Source: an uncultured delta proteobacterium | GTDB taxonomy: Bacteria; Desulfobacterota; RBG-13-43-22 | Length of the DNA: 64,000 nucleotides | Direction of reading: 5' to 3' | NCBI GenBank assembly: GCA_963790475.1 | Contig: CAWBOS010000015.1 | Location: 64,001 to 128,000, forward strand | In this document: positions 62,226 through 64,000 of the stretch, piece by piece | How the letters are laid out: each line of letters begins with the position of its first letter | Position numbering within the stretch: the stretch's first letter is position 1 | Program-made: the position numbers and the translations under genes | Notes under the pieces: model-generated | The model's input: only the letters and a program-made list of their open reading frames with translations | What the model was told of the DNA's origin: nothing | Database searches by the model: none

Positions 62226-62691
62226 TTATTTCACGTTGGCTTGATTGTCATAGCCCTGCCTTTCCCAAAACCCCTGATAAGGTTTATCGGAAAGCTCGAT
62301 CCGGGTCACCCATTTGACCCACTTATAGCCCAGCTTGGATTCAGCCACGACCTGAAAAGGGAATCCCCGTTTGGCATCCAGAGTTCGCCCGTTTATTTCA
62401 GAGGCCAGCAGTAGATCAAGCCGTTCAATTTCTTTAAAGGACAGGGAAGAAGAGTAGCCGTCCGCCGCATAAAAAATGACCGTCGCAACCCCGGGCTTCA
62501 CCTTAGCCCGGTCCAATAAATCCTTTAATGGGATTGTCATAAGCCCTATCAAAAACATCCAGATGTTTCCCCTGATAATCTCTGACCTCTCTCGCCTGGG
62601 AACCTAGGGTAGCTGTAAATAAAACGGTGGGGAAAATCAATAAGGAAACAGCCATAAAAAGAGACCAGCCAAAATAAAATCGTGGTTTCAT
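62226..62691 (-). pseudogene. Periplasmic molybdopterin oxidoreductase (sulfite oxidase/MsrP family) with central deletion
   Basis: Signal peptide and FDRAYDNPIKG join out of frame to PLKDLL..AADGYSSSL..RGFPF..LGYKWVKWV.RIEL..GFWE.QGY. The Moco-ligand CVEGW region is absent. Confidence 0.82.
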
Positions 62692-62716
62692 AATTTCAGA
62701 TCCGGATGATATTTGA

Positions 62717-63304
62717 TTATTGATAGTTTTCAGGATGGAAGTGTCTCTCCACCATTTCGATTAAGATATGAAGCACTTTGATGTGCAGTTCCTGGACCCG
62801 GTCAGCGAATGCCCCCCCTGAGGTGCAGATACACACATCGGACGCATTTTCCATTGCAGATCCGGATTTGCCGGTTAAGGCAATCACCTTGATTCCTAAA
62901 GACCGAGCGGTTTCAATCGCCATAAAGACATTCAGGCTTTTCCCACTGGTGCTGATGGCCAAAAGACAATCTCCTCGGTTCCCATGACTTTCCAAAAACC
63001 GGGAAAAGACCTGATCATAACCGAAATCATTGGCTACACAGGTCAGGTGGCCCGGATCGCTGATGGCAATGGCCGGATAGCCACGCCGATTTTTTCGATA
63101 CCGGCCGGTAAGCTCTTCGGCGAAATGCATGGCATCACACATGGAGCCACCGTTTCCACAGGAGAAAACACGGCCTTTATTCTCGAAAGTTTCGATCAGG
63201 ATGGCGGCTGCCGATTCAATCTTGGCCAACGTCCTTTCGTCGGTGATCAGTCCTTCGAGGGCTCCTTTGGCCTCTTTCAGACTGCCTTTGATATGTTCGA
63301 TCAT
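62717..63304 (-). CDS. gmhA: Phosphoheptose isomerase
   Basis: CGNGGS..DAMHFAEEL.GR, NDFGYD.VF.R, ISTSG.S, DRVQELH. Confidence 0.96.
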   Translation of the reverse strand: MIEHIKGSLKEAKGALEGLITDERTLAKIESAAAILIETFENKGRVFSCGNGGSMCDAMHFAEELTGRYRKNRRGYPAIAISDPGHLTCVANDFGYDQVFSRFLESHGNRGDCLLAISTSGKSLNVFMAIETARSLGIKVIALTGKSGSAMENASDVCICTSGGAFADRVQELHIKVLHILIEMVERHFHPENYQ

Positions 63305-63382
63305 CAGAAAATCTCCTCAGACAATATTATGGTCAGACCCTTAATAACTTCTTAAAAATATTATCAGAATTAGAATATTTTG

Positions 63383-64000
63383 TCAAACAATACCGGAAGG
63401 ATCGAGGAAGCACTGGGGGTCTTCGTCCAAAAAATTCTCTTCTCCTTTTAATTGGGAATAGGCATAAGCGATGGCCCGGCAGCCACGGCAATTGGCCCAT
63501 CGTTTACAAGAAACGCATTTCCCCTGGTATTGACTTCGATCCCTGAGGCTCTCCAGGACCGGAGAGGTCACCCATAATTCCCGCAGAGAATCTTTTCTTA
63601 TATTCCCGATAGGGACCGGGAGTCTTCGACAGGGAGTGATCGTCCCGTCAGGCAAAATTGTAAACCCCGACACCCCGGCCGCACACCCTCCCAAAGGCGC
63701 ATCTCCAAGGTCCTCAGTTTCGATGAGCGTATTCATTTGTGAGGTCAAAGGATCGCCGCTGAGAATGTTAAGACCGTCAGACTTACAGGAGAAGATTTGC
63801 CGATAGAGATCTCGGACCCTTTCCCTGGACAAGGAGTGGGATAATAATCCCGTCCCCTTTCCCGAAGGCACCAACCGGGAGAATCCCAGTCCTCTTACCC
63901 CGAGTGATTTTGATAACTCCATCATTTCTGAAATGCTTCCGGCATTGAGGTCCGACAGCGTCATGTTGAGCGTCACCGGTAATCCCACTGATATCAAATG
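63383..64000 (-). CDS. Radical SAM/SPASM domain protein (5' part outside the window)
   Basis: SPASM motif GCAAG...I.PDG...PC ... CVSC.....CRGCRA.AY. Confidence 0.85.
   Translation of the reverse strand, partial: HLISVGLPVTLNMTLSDLNAGSISEMMELSKSLGVRGLGFSRLVPSGKGTGLLSHSLSRERVRDLYRQIFSCKSDGLNILSGDPLTSQMNTLIETEDLGDAPLGGCAAGVSGFTILPDGTITPCRRLPVPIGNIRKDSLRELWVTSPVLESLRDRSQYQGKCVSCKRWANCRGCRAIAYAYSQLKGEENFLDEDPQCFLDPSGIV

Overview
Chromosomal window from an anaerobic Gram-negative bacterium; gene content (Tup/Mod, ResB/CcsA, VCBS-repeat protein, LUD protein, HesB-like protein) suggests a Desulfobacterota-like deltaproteobacterium (inference). 0.2-2.1 kb holds a complete group II intron with its RT/maturase. 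2.3-15 kb is a minus-strand catabolic region (amidohydrolase, two enoyl-CoA hydratases, family III CoA-transferase, two APC permeases, Glu/Leu/Phe/Val dehydrogenase, D-cysteine desulfhydrase-like enzyme, GMC oxidoreductase) containing an orphan integron-type gene cassette, followed by an IS91-like relic and tRNA-Met. 17-43 kb is mostly housekeeping (queD, serS, 2-hydroxyacyl-CoA dehydratase and activator, resB-ccsA-tat, pilT, GGDEF, PilZ, GAF kinase, lgt, mla operon). 43-57 kb is a Mo/W module: a decayed molybdoenzyme/Fe-S operon, an atypical ALDH-ADH fusion, modABC, a porin and tupAABC, with a shared palindromic operator. The end holds cytochrome c peroxidase, polX, DUF72, a geranylgeranyl-reductase-family gene, gmhA and a partial radical SAM gene. 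Two cautions: many single-base frameshifts look like long-read indel errors, and five apparent internal-deletion junctions could be real decay or assembly collapse. No CRISPR array, rRNA or prophage was seen. No clearly new multi-gene system is demonstrated; the best leads are the operator-linked Mo/W module and the deletion pattern.
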